Shown piece after piece: positions 37,119-49,104 of a DNA stretch of 62,000 bases. A program made the position numbers and the translations under genes. Source of the DNA: Chiloscyllium plagiosum (Eukaryota); assembly GCF_004010195.1 (NCBI RefSeq), contig NC_057751.1, forward strand, positions 19,559,994 to 19,621,993. Direction: 5' to 3'. How positions within the stretch are numbered: position 1 is the stretch's first letter; the number at the start of each line of letters is the position of its first letter. The notes below the pieces were generated by a model. It was not told the origin of the DNA and ran no database searches. It saw only the letters and a list, made by a program, of their open reading frames with translations.

Positions 37119-37652
37119 GCGGCATGGTGACCTCAGTGGTTAGCATTACTGCTTCTGTGCGAGGGACCTGGGTTTGATTCCACCTTCGGCAACTCTCTGT
37201 ATGGAGTTTGTATGCTCTTCCCCATGTCTGTGTGGGTTTCCTCCAGGTGCTTCAGTTTGCTCCCACAGTCCAAAGATTCCTGTTTCTGTAAAACATCCCT
37301 GCTGTTCTGGATGTTCAGATGCCTAAACTAATGCACTGGAACACCCATAGCAGCCTCCAAACTATTCTTAGAATCATAGGGATCCTACAGTGTGGAAGCA
37401 GGGCATTCAACCCATCGAGTCCACACTGACCCTTGAAGAACGTCCCACCCAGACCCACTCAGCTTAGGTGGATTAGCCATGCTAAATTGTCTGTAGGGTC
37501 CAGGGATGTGCAGGCAAGGTGGATTAACAATGGGAAACGCAGGGTTCCAGGGATGGGGTAGTGAGTGGGTCTGGGTGGGACGTTCTTCAAGGGTCAGTGT
37601 GGACTCGATGGGTTGAATGCCCTGCTTCCACACTGTAGGATCTCTATGATTC
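37119..37652 (+). mobile_element. HE1-like V-SINE disrupted by an inverted duplication
   Basis: Head gcggcatggtgacctcagtggttagc and V-domain up to ccaaagat (37277); SINE body resumes at 37462. Confidence 0.8.
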
Positions 37653-37748
37653 TAAGAATAGTTTGGAGGCTGCTATGGGTGTTCCAGTGCATTAGTTTAG
37701 GCATCTGAACATCCAGAACAGCAGGGATGTTTTACAGAAACAGGAATC
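37275..37748. repeat. Near-perfect inverted repeat: 187-bp arms, 100-bp spacer
   Basis: 37275-37461 is the reverse complement of 37562-37748, with one mismatch seen. Confidence 0.95.
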
Positions 37749-37811
37749 AGGATGTTTAGCTAATTAGTGTTTGGTAATTTCTGTTTTTGTTGTTGGAACA
37801 TTTGTTAACAG

Positions 37812-37933
37812 GAGAAAGCGGGCAAGTTGTCTACATTGTAGAAGACAAAGTCCATCATTTCAGTACACAGAAGAACCTTTGCTTTAAGAATGCTGTGTTA
37901 CCTGGATGGAGAGAGATTTGGACCCGGATTCAG
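37812..37933 (+). CDS. NEMP1: NEMP1 coding exon 2
   Basis: Acceptor ttaacag|, donor CAG|gtaaga. Encodes (G)ESGQVVYIVEDKVHHFSTQKNLCFKNAVLPGWREIWTRIQ, matching NEMP1 FCYTNVLIPKWHDIWTRIQ. Phase 1 to 0. Confidence 0.93.
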
Positions 37934-38098
37934 GTAAGAGCCAGACAAGCTGCAGAGCAACCTTTGAAACTGGTAGGAGGTGAGAAAATGTGCTATATCT
38001 ATTACCTTTGCTTTAAAGAAGATCTTGAAAGATGTGGAGCGGGGTGGGGGGAACTGTTGTGTACTATGTTGTAACACTAGATTGTAAGTTTCTCCTGA

Positions 38099-38227
38099 TG
38101 AACCATCTGATGAAGGAGCGTCACTCCGAAAGCTAATGCTTCCAATTAAACCTGTTGGACTATAACCTGGTGTTGTGTGATTTTTAACTTTGTACACCCC
38201 AGTCCAACACCGACATCTCCAAATCAG
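38099..38227 (+). mobile_element. Penelope-like terminal fragment with hammerhead-like core and 11-bp TSD
   Basis: CTGATGA-A-GGAG-cgtca-CTCC-GAAA at 38107-38131. TSD gtttctcctga at 38088-38098 and 38228-38238. Confidence 0.78.
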
Positions 38228-40949
38228 GTTTCTCCTGAAAATTTCATGTGTTCCAGGTCTCTTGTGTTACCTTGGGAAGAGACCAGGTCTGGTATAAGAG
38301 GAAGTGAACTAGAGAAATAAAACAAAGATTATAGAGTTTCACTTCCCGTGATTGTTTTATTTCCTCCAGTGCTTTGGATTTTCTCAGTGTTCTTGCTCTT
38401 CAGATTATTTTTTGTTGCCTTTTCTCTCTGTTGATTATGAGTCTGTATTTCAATCTAACTGTGATTACTAGACCATTCCAAGTAGTTTACAGCATGATGC
38501 TGCCTGTCAGTTTTGAATTGTGTAACATAATGAAAGTAATCTACTCAGCACCAAAAGCTGCAGAAAGGATATAATGGTTGTTTCTAGTGTCTGATAAGAC
38601 CTTGGCATAATTCTGTAATTCTTTGGCTGGCATTTTAATGCATTGCTGCCAACCATCCCCATTGTTTAAAGGCATTAAAAGCCACTGAGTTAGATCCTAG
38701 GTTGATTTAAACCCACTGCTATGCACTATGCAGTTAGCAATGAGTTCATAACATTAGATTTTTCATTTGTCCCTAAAATTAGTTTTGTGATTTCCTGAAT
38801 TTCTCAATAGCAAAACGTGTATTTATATGGCATCTTTAATGTAATAAACATAAATTTATCAAAATTTTATAGATTCTGTAATGGTCCCAATGACTTGGAA
38901 AAGCTTAAATGTAACACCTCTTTTTAAGAAAGGAGGGAAACATATGAATTAAGAGCAGAACTAGGCCATTCAGCCTCTCAAGTTGAATCATTCAGTAAGA
39001 TTAACAGTAAGATTAACCGTAAGATTGTAACCTCAAATCCACATCCTTGCTTACCTCTGATAACCTCTGCCCCCTTTGCTTAACAAGAATTTATCTACCT
39101 CTGCCTTTTTTAAAAAAAATCAAGGTCTCTGTTCCCACCACCACCTCAGTTAGAGCATTCCAAAGACTCTCAGCTCCCTGATTTTTAAAGAGTGACCAGC
39201 TCTACATTCTCCTGTAAGCAGGAATGTCAACCCTGTGAAGACTCCTCAGGATCTTGTATGTTTCAATCAGTTGCCTCTTGCTCTTCTAAACTTCAGTATA
39301 TGTAAGTTTAGCCTTTCCAAATCATCCTTCAAAGGCATCCCTCTCATTCCAGATATTAGTCTGGTGAACTTTATCTGAACTGCCTCCGATATATTTACAT
39401 CCTTAAGTAAAGTGAGCAGTACTGCAGATGTGGTCTCAGCAGTGCTTTGTCTAACTGAAGCATAACCTCCCTACTTTTATGTGAAATTCCCATCGCAATA
39501 AACAATAACATTCTATTAGTTTTCTTGAGTAATTACTGTACCTGCATACTTAACCTTTTGCGATTCATGCACAAGGATACCCAGATCACTCTGCAATGTC
39601 TCACCATTTAGATGATCAGCCTTGCTGTCTTTCACCACTTAGATAGCAGACAGAAAGCAGGAAACTCTAGGCCAGTTAGGCTGCATCACTGGAAAATTGC
39701 TGTAAGTCATAACTAAGGAAATCATAGGATATTTAGAAAATCATAACCAAGCAAATTCAGCATTTTGTGAAAGGGGAGTCATGTTTGACAAGCAGGGTGG
39801 ATAAGAGAGCCAGTAGGTATGCCTGTTGGAAGTTCAAATACACTATTTGACACAGTGCTACATATAAGGTTCCTTCACAAAATGGGAGCTTGTGATGTTG
39901 GGGCATGTTCACATGGATAGAGGATCAGCCAACTGGAAACAGTTGGAATAAGTATTTCATTTTTCAGGATCAATAAGTATTTGGGTTTCAAAGGGATCAA
40001 TAGTGGGACCTCAGTTATTGACAACCTGTCATTATGACTGAGATGAAAGGACAGACTGTATTGTAGCCATATTTTTCCAACAATATAAAGGTAGGAAAGT
40101 AAGTTGAGAAAGAAAGTGAGCAAGATGCAAAATGTTTGCCAAGGGGTATAGGTGGGTTCAGTGAATGGGAAAAAGTTGGCAGATGAATTATAATGTGGCA
40201 AAATCTGATTGTCCACTTTGGAGAAAAATAGAAAAGCAGAATATGATTTAAATGGAGAGTCTGCAAAATGCTGCAGTCCAGGGAGATCTGTGTGTCCTTA
40301 TACATGAATCAAAAGGTTACCACAAGTAATTAACAAATCAAATTGAATGTTGATCTTAATTGCCAGGGGGATGAATCATAAAATTAGGGAAGTTTTGTTA
40401 CAACTGTACAAAGTATTGGTGAGACCATACCTGGAGTACATTTATATTTTAGCCTCCTTATTTAAGGAGGGATATATTTGCATTGGATGCAGTTTAGAGA
40501 CATTCATTAAGTTAGTTTTTGGAAAATGGAGTCATTTCATGGAGTCATCGAGATTGACAGCACAGAAAAAGGCCCTTTGGCATATTGAGCCCATTGAACA
40601 TGCTCCATCATGGCTGAACATTCAACTCAATTCCCCATTCTCACTGGTGAAAAACAACCACCTAGCTATTCTAATCCCATTTTTAAGGCACTTGATCCTT
40701 AGCCTTGTATGCCTTGGCATTGTAAGTGCATATCTAAATACTTCATTAATGTTATGAGGGTTTCTGCCTCTGCCACTCTTGCAGGCAATAAATTCCAGAT
40801 TCCCAAATTCCTGCCTGAATTTTTTTCCCATTAAACCTCCTGTCCCATAGCTTAATTCTATGTCCCTGCTTAATGATCCTTCACCAAGAGAATAAGTTTC
40901 TTCCTATCTACCCTTTCTATGCCCCTCATAATTTTAGACATCTCAATCA

Positions 40950-41402
40950 CGGAAAGATGTTGTGAAACTTGAAAGGGTTTAGAAAAGATCTACAAGGATG
41001 TTGCCAGAGTTGGAGGATTTGAGGTATAGGAAGAGGTTGAACAAAATTATGAGGGACATGGATAGGGTAAATAGACAAAGTCCTTTCCCTGGGGTGGGGG
41101 GAGTCCAGAACTAGAGGGCATAGGTTTAGGGTGAGAAGGGAAAGATATAAAAGAGACCTAAGGGGCAACATTTTCACGCAGAGGGTGGTACGTGTATGGA
41201 ATGAGCTGCCAGAGGATGTGGTGGAGGCTGGTACAATTGCAACATTTAAAAGGCATTTGGATGGGTATATGAATAGGAAGGGTTTGGAGGGATATGGGCC
41301 GGGTGCTGGCAGGTGGGACTAGATTGGGTTGGGATATCTGGTCGGCATGGACGGGTTGGACCGAAGGGTCTGTTTCCGTGCTGTACATCTCTATAACTCT
41401 AT
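40950..41402 (+). mobile_element. Young CR1/HER1 LINE 3' fragment
   Basis: RDLRGNIFTQRVVRVWNELPEDVVEAGTIATFKRHLDGYM; near-identical to the other young copies. Confidence 0.92.
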
Positions 41403-41547
41403 ATTGGTGAATCTCCTCTGCACCCTCTCCAGTGCAATCATGTGCCTCCTGTAATGTAGATTCCAGAACTGCACACAGTACACAAGCTGTGGCCGAACCA
41501 ACTTTTCATATCATTCCAGTATAACCTCCCTGCTCTTAAACTCTGTG

Positions 41548-41753
41548 GAGAAAGTGAGGTCTGCAGATGCTGGAGATCAGAGCTGGAAATGTGTTGCTGG
41601 AAAAGCGCAGCAGGTCAGGCAGCATCCAGGGAACAGGAGAATCGACGTTTCGGGCATAAGCCCTCCTGAAGAAGGGCTTATGCCCGAAACGTCGATTCTC
41701 CTGTTCCCTGGATGCTGCCTGACCTGCTGCGCTTTTCCAGCAACACATTTCCA
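41548..41753. mobile_element. Hairpin Penelope-derived element with 16-bp TSD
   Basis: Perfect ~86-bp arms (41579-41664 and 41673-41758, the right arm overlapping the TSD). TSD gctcttaaactctgtg at 41532-41547 and 41754-41769. Confidence 0.85.
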
Positions 41754-43427
41754 GCTCTTAAACTCTGTGACTTAGCTAATAAAGGCAAGTATCCCATATG
41801 CCTTCTTTACCACTTTATCCACCTGTCCTGCTCCCTTAAGGACATGCACACCAAGGTCACTCGGGTCCCTGGTACTATCCAGGTTCCTAATGTTCATCAT
41901 GTATTACTTTTACCAAAATGATTCCTGGGTCAGCAGGACTGAAGTATGAAGCCAGGTTAAGTTGAGTAGGGGTATATTCACTGGAGTTTAGAAGAAACAA
42001 GGGTTATCTGATAGAAACATATAAAATTTTAACAGGACTTCTGATGGTGGGGAAGCCAAAATATTACATGTTTTTAGGAAGGAAATAGATATAGTTCTTG
42101 GGGTTAAAGTGATCAAAGAGCATGCTGAGAAAGTAAGAACAGGGGATTGAGTTGGATGTTCAGTCATGATCACGCTGAATGATGGAGCACATTCGAAAGG
42201 CTGAATGGCTTTCTCCTGCTCCTATCTTCTATGTTTCTATGTAAACAGGAGGCAAGAGATGAAGTGAAGACAGAGAACTCAGGGTTGTAGGGGGTTACCA
42301 GAGATCAGGAGGGGATAGATCAAAGGTATAAGGAAAATATTTTCTTTACTTCAGAAACATCGTATTATAGCATCATCTTGTAACAAGGCTGTACAGCAAG
42401 TCACTATCACTTCCTGTGATGTATACTGTTTCTCATTAGCGTATCAAGCCAAACCCTTTTGTATCTCCCTGTGCCCCACTAAATCTCTGATTCTACCAAT
42501 GAACATTAACACTCTGAGTGTAATCTTCTATATCTTTCTCCCTCAGATAACTGGGGGAAAGTGAGGACTGCAGATGCTGGAAGTCAGAGTCGAAAAGTGT
42601 GCTGCTGGAAAAGCACCCTTGGATAATTATCTAGCTTTCCTTAAATGCATCAATGCTATTTGCCTAAACCTTATAGCAGTGAGGAATTCTAAATAACTAA
42701 CTAATATTCACTGCTTAGTTCTAGTCTCCCTCACAGATAAAAACATCTTAGAACATAGAACATAGAAGAATACAGCGCAGTACAGGCCCTTTGGCCCTCG
42801 ATGTTGCGCCGATCCAAGCCCACCTAACCACTAACTAATATTCACTGCTTAGTTCTAGTCTCCCTCACAGATGAAAACATCTTCTCTAAGGTAACCCTAT
42901 CAAACCCTTTCATAATCTTTCAAGGCTTTTCAAACAGCACAAGGTTAATTCTCTTTCAGAATGGAGCATTTCTTGTACGAAAGTCATTAGGTTCCACTAC
43001 TACTTCCAGGTTTTATTTGTCTTGCTAGAGAAGAGAGCTTTTAGCATCAAAATCAATTCAGCATGCCCACTTTCATTGAGGATGCCTCAGCCAAGTAGTA
43101 AGAGTGCCACAAGTGGCCTGTTCCAGTCTAGCAATGTGGTTAAGCTGGTGACAGAATATAAGGCCGCATGCACGGTTTCACTCTGAGTCTGATGACAGGA
43201 AGTCACTGATGGAAATCCCGTTATTAATTGATAAGCCATTGTCTTCACATGACAACTAGGCTGAAAAGATTTTAAAATTTAAAAAAATGTTTCATACAGT
43301 CGGTAAAATAAAACCAACTGCATTAAATGCTGAGCCCACTTTAGTGATTTTATACAACTGCACCAGTTGATAGATTTGATGGTAATACAAGGTAAACAAA
43401 TGGAAATTTAATGTTTCTACCCACTTA

Positions 43428-43785
43428 GTCATAGAGTTATACAGCATGGAAACAGACCCTTCGGTCCAACTTGTCCATGCTGACTAGACATCCCATTTCA
43501 TCCTATTTCCATTTGCCAGTATTTGGTCTATATCCCTTCTTATTCATGTGCCCATCCAGTTGCCTTTTAAATGTTGTAATTGTACCCAACTCCACCACCA
43601 CCTCTGGCAGCTCGTTCTATACATGCATGCCCTCTGTCTGGAAAAAGTTGCCCCTCTGGTTCCTTTTACATCTTTCTCCTCTCACCTTTAAACTTATGTT
43701 CTCTAGTTTTGGATTCCCCCATCCTGGGAAAAACACCTTGACTATTTATCCTATCTGTGCCCCTCATGACTTTATAAACCTCTTG
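43428..43785 (-). mobile_element. CR1 LINE 3' fragment
   Basis: Reverse complement of the CR1/HER1 3' end (gtcatagagttatacagcatggaaacagacccttcgg...). Confidence 0.85.
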
Positions 43786-44424
43786 AAGTCTAATCATTTT
43801 TAATAATTTAAAATGGCCTAGAAGCATTTAGATTTCACTACAGATGAATAAAGTCCCATAATTACATGATTCTTTGTCACAAAATCATTCCAGGCCTCCT
43901 TGTCTTCAGCCACTCTCACTCCTGCTTGTACTTTTTTACAAGCACCTTTTTGAAAGTACAAATAAACAACAACCATTTGATTCTGATCCTTTCTCTTGCC
44001 TCAACAAAAAAAATCCATCGTTAGTTAAATGTGTCCTTAACACATCAATGCTGACTCTCCTTCATTAGTCTGCATTTGTTAAAGTGGTTGCTAATTTTCC
44101 ACTTTTACTGATGTTAAATTGACTGGCATGTTATTGCCAGGTTTGTTTATCTCCTCTTTTGTGTAAGCCTGCAATGATCTGACACTATTCCTGTATTCAA
44201 GGAGGATTGGAAGATCACCTCTGCAACTTGAGCCCCTACCTCCCTGAAACTTAGTAAATTAATCATGGCTTTTTACAAGTCCACATCATATGCAAGACTT
44301 TTAACAGGTTTGTGTATAGTTGCTTAAATATATTAATAACTGCCCATTTGTCACTCTCAATTTTAGTGCACTAATGTTTGCGTTGTTCTAGCTGCTAGTT
44401 AAACATTGGCCAGGTTTATGTATA

Positions 44425-44583
44425 CAGAGGAACCTCAATTATCCGAAGGACACGGACGGGCAGTATTTCGTTCGGTTAATCGAATGCCGGATAACATAGT
44501 TTAGCTGAGCATCAGGACCCTGCGATCTTGTCAGATAATCCGATATTCAGATAATCAAATGCCAGATAATCAAGGTTCCTCTG
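44425..44583. mobile_element. Tc1/mariner-pogo (Tigger-like) MITE
   Basis: TIRs cagaggaacctcaattatc / gataatcaaggttcctctg flanked by TA on both sides. Confidence 0.85.
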
Positions 44584-46264
44584 TACACTTGTGGCTACGT
44601 GATCATACTGTATAACCTAGCGTCGTACGTGGATCTGCTGAACAGAACTCTTCCAAGTTCTTTGGTTATGTTGGTGCTGTAGTGACCTCCAGTGGTAGGC
44701 GGTGTGTATGGGAACATATGAATCTATTGCTTTTTGCTGATTGTGAATTTCCTGTCATGTTGTGCACAGATTCATATGGATTGGATTCTTAGCTTGCAGA
44801 TGATGCTCCACACATCACAATGTGGATTCTTTGTGCTTACTCCTCCATTACAATCCATTTATCTAATCTTTGTCATCTTTAATTTATGCAGCATTTCAAA
44901 TGTTTTGTGTTCTGATTCCAGACCAGTCCACCAAATTATGATCTGGTTAGGAACCGGTAATCTTTTACCTTTTTAAAGTAGACAAAAGTTGAGATCCAGA
45001 GAACTTAAGAGAATAAAGCCACATGATACTTTGGACAAAGAACAATAATTTACTAGTCAAGTTAAAACAGTAATACAGTGTATTTCTTATGCTCAGAATA
45101 AATATATGGTAAATGTGTACAATAGACTGTGATCCAAAATCGCACAACACACAGCAAATACCAAATGTGATCAAGTCAGGTCCCACAGATTTCTTATTCA
45201 TTTCCCACAGAAGTTAATGATATCATTGGGTATCAACTGTCGTTAAACTTCAGAAGGGATGATAATTCTTCACTTTTGCTAACCTGGTATTGAAACTCTC
45301 TGTTGAGACTCACTCTGTCATGGATTGCCTTGAAGTATCCCATTCTAATTGATCACTTTCTTTGGGTTATGTGTTCCCCTAAACTCCAAAACTGCACTTC
45401 AGTACTCATTCACAAGCATAATTCCAGCTCTCTATTGACACCTAGCTTCACCAAGTCACTTATGCCCCTGGGTTTTCTCCCAGCTCCAATCACTGTTTGT
45501 GAGCTTTTCAACCCCTCATAGCTGCACTGAAGTAGCTCCCCAGCAATATGTATCCTGACTCCGATACGTAATCTCCCTACTAATTCCAAGAACCTCTTCC
45601 TGAGTTCTAACACCCCGCAACCACCTAGCTGCTCTTGACTACTACCAACCCCCCGAAATGGAATCTGTGTGGTTCAGCTGCCTTCTCGGCGATACAGCTT
45701 ACTGGAGCATTCTGAACATGGAGCCTGCTACTGCCTCTGCTTGTTTTCCAACTAACTATGACTTTTTGATTCCTTCAGTGATGTCCAAACTGTCCTTAGT
45801 GCAAGGTTATCAATAAGTTACTAAACCCCTTTGCAATTGCTGGGCAAAATTGAATGTTGTCACCTAACAACTCTCTAACAGAGTGTGCTCTGAATACTAT
45901 AATTCATAGATTGGTGGCTTGTAAACCCAAAACAATCCTGACAATAAAAAGAATCGTTACACCCCATTAGTTTGCTGATACTGACGGTTCTAAGCAAGGA
46001 TCTGAACCTGGTTTTTTAATTAAATGAAACAAAGCACTGCAAATGCTGGAGATCTGAAACAAAAACAGAAATTGCTGGTGAAACTAAGTTCTGATGAAGT
46101 CACCACACTTGAAACTTTAAGTTTATTTTCTTCTCATGGATGCTCCAGACCTGCTGAGTTTCACCAACAATTTCTGGTTTTGTTTCTTATTTTAAAAAAA
46201 AGTTCTTGAGTAGGCTGTCTGTCTAACTTCCTGTAGAGAAAATGATTTTGATCTGCTTCAAGAA

Positions 46265-47620
46265 GACCACCATCATCCCAGTATCAAAAAAAACCACATG
46301 CAACGTGCCTTAATGACTACCATTCAGTGGCTCTGACATCCCATCATCATGAGGTGCTTCGAGAGGCTGGTCATGGCACACGGCAACTAGAGCCTCCCAG
46401 CCTGCCTCGAAACCCTGCAATTTACCTACTGACGTAACAGGTCCACAGCAGACACCATTTTCTTAGCCCTACACTCATCCCTGGAACATCTGGACAACAA
46501 GGACACCTACATCAGACCCTTACTCATCGATTACAACTCTGCCTTCAACACCATAATCCCCTCCAGACTGATCTCAAAAGTCTGGGACCTAAGTCATGAC
46601 TCCGCCCTCTGCAACTGGATCCTCCACTTTCTGACCCACAGAGCGCAATCGGTGAAGATAGACAACGGCACCTCCTCCATGATAACCCTCAAAACTGCCC
46701 CCCCCCCAAAGGATGCGTTCTCAGCCTCCTACTGTACACGCTGTATGCCCACGACTGTGTAATCAAATTCTGAATGAATGCTATCTACGAGTTTGCAAAC
46801 TACACCACTGTGGTAGGATGGATATCAAACAATGATGAGTCAGAATACGGAAAGAAGATAGAGGGTTTGGTGTTGTGGTGCAATGACGACAACCTCTCTC
46901 TCAATGTCGGCAAAACAAAAGAACTGATCATTGACTTCAGAAAGAAAGGTGGGGAACACACCCCTATCTACATCAACAGAGTGGAGGTTGAGAGGGTCAA
47001 GTTCCTAGGAGTGACGATAACCGACAGCCTGCCCTGGACTTGCCATGTTGATGCAACACTCAAGAAGGCACAACAATGCCACTTCTTCCTCAGAAAGCTT
47101 AAGGACCCTCACCAATTTTGACAGATGCACCATCAAAAGCATACTATCTGGGTGCATAATGGCCTGGTATGGCAACTTCTCTGCCTGGGACTGTAAAAAC
47201 TACAGAAGGTTGTGTGCACAGCCCAGTCCATCACAGAAGCCAAAGTTCCATTCATGGACTCCATTTGCACTTCTCACTGCCAACATCATCAAAGACCCTT
47301 CCCACCCTGGTAATGCTCTCCTACAACCTTTTCTGTCAGGCAGAAGATACAGAAGCTTGTATCTATGGACGACAGTTTCCAGGAACAGCTCCTTCCCTGC
47401 TGTTATTAGACTGATGAGTGGACTCTCTAACTTCAAATAATGTTGATCTTGTTAATGTTGACCTTGTTTCATGCACCTGTGCAGTGTAACCTGTACGCCT
47501 CACTCTGTCTAAGCACCCTATGGTCTGTTTGTCCTTGCTTACTATGATCTGCCTGCACTGCTTGCAAACAAAGCTTTTCACTGTACTTAGGTACATGTGA
47601 CTACAATAAATCAAATCAAT
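46265..47620 (+). mobile_element. Rex1/Babar-clade LINE, truncated and frameshifted
   Basis: IIPV.KK...CLNDY..VALT...[34 protein letters not shown] and KKAQQ..FFLRKL motifs. 3' end aagcttttcactgtac...caataaatcaaatcaa. Confidence 0.85.
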
Positions 47621-48770
47621 TGAGCTTATGAAAATAATTTTGCTTGCTTTACGATTCTAATACCTACTTCAAGCATAGGGGAGCCCAAGTCAGCTTTGAT
47701 ATTGGCAGCAATTACAAAAGGATTACTGCACCACTGAGACTCCACTTTGAGCTGCTTTTGGAATTGGCTGAGAGTCACTCAGATTGTAAAGTACATATTG
47801 ACACCACTGTATCAGTAATGAGTTGCTGCAGAGGCCAGTCTTGAAAGTTTCTGATTTCATGACCAAAGCTAAACAGTTTTTTAAGTCCAGGGATTATTTC
47901 CTGTGCATTATGCAAAGTGGAGGATAGTTAACATGGTACAATATGATGTGTAAGATAAATCTCAGTTGTTTACGGCAATGTTTGATAGAGGCGAAGGATA
48001 ATCAAATCATATCCGATCTGGCCAGGTCTATTATATACAGCCATGAAAACCCAAATCTAATCCTCCTGAGGTCCATGCTGATGCTGGCTTGGTGTAGAAG
48101 AATTATGTCTGTCTGAAGGTGAGTAGAGCAGATTGTTGAAACTGAGCGAGATCAGAGTCTGAGGAATTTGAGTGGCCGAAACAGGGAAGTAGACTGTGCA
48201 GTGTGAGATTGGTGATTGTTTGTGGAAGCATGTGTCTGATAATAACACAAACCAGTTGAATTGTCAAAAATGAATATTCCTTTTTAATATTGTTTTATTT
48301 TGTTTCTGGAGCTTAGGCAGGCTGAATATTTACCCTTGTCATTGAAAAGAACTCCAACTAATTAATTTGATCTGTTAAAATGATGAACATTATTTAGCTT
48401 TTACATTCTGACACTGTCAGCTAATGTGGACTTGTGCTTTGGGGTTGAGTGAGTAGATTGGATCAGATTAATTTGATTATCCCACTGCACCAGCATGGAA
48501 GAAGTGGCGAGCAGCTTTGGTGAGATGAAGATGGGTTAGAAGAAGTGACATGAGATTTTGCAGGCCCTGAGAACTTGAGATTGTGCGAGAGCGGGATGGG
48601 AGAAGTTGTGATTGTGCTGGAAGAAGAACTTGCTCATGCATATTTATTGCTTGTGCACATTTATGATCTGTGTATGGTTCCTGGCTCCGTATAATCCACA
48701 TTCTTTTCCAAGCACCTATTTAATGTTCAACCTATTTTATTTTTCTGCCTTTTTCAATGAGGTTTTCCCA

Positions 48771-48985
48771 CAGTCACTTCTTCTGTGCACAATGGTTGCA
48801 TTTTCGTGCAACCCCATGTGATTAAAAAATTATGCTTTAGAAACAGCACTTAAAGTGTTGGCGATGTAATCACGTTACAGTGAACACACGTTTTAGAAGT
48901 TCACGCTTTAGAAAGTATGCCTAATTCATCAATCATGTTACAGCGAATTCGCGGTCACAAAATGTGTGTTATAGCAGAGCAATTG
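48771..48985. mobile_element. Degenerate Tigger-like MITE
   Basis: Decayed TIR-like ends cagtcacttcttct / agcagagcaattg+ta with CpG-decayed interior. Confidence 0.45.
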
Positions 48986-49104
48986 TATTTTTAAAGGGCA
49001 TTGTGACTTTCGTTAAGCAGTTACATGGTTAACAGTAAATTCCCACACAGTTGTCTGAGTGAAATGATTAAAACGTTTAGAAATGCTGAACAATGGAGTG
49101 CATA

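Larger units (their letters stand above)
38860..42245. mobile_element. Cluster of nested old CR1 fragments on both strands
   Basis: CR1 C-terminal motifs (LYKVLVRPYLEY in ORF 40347-40757) and tail ttctatgtttctatg at about 42226-42241. Boundaries approximate. Confidence 0.65.
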
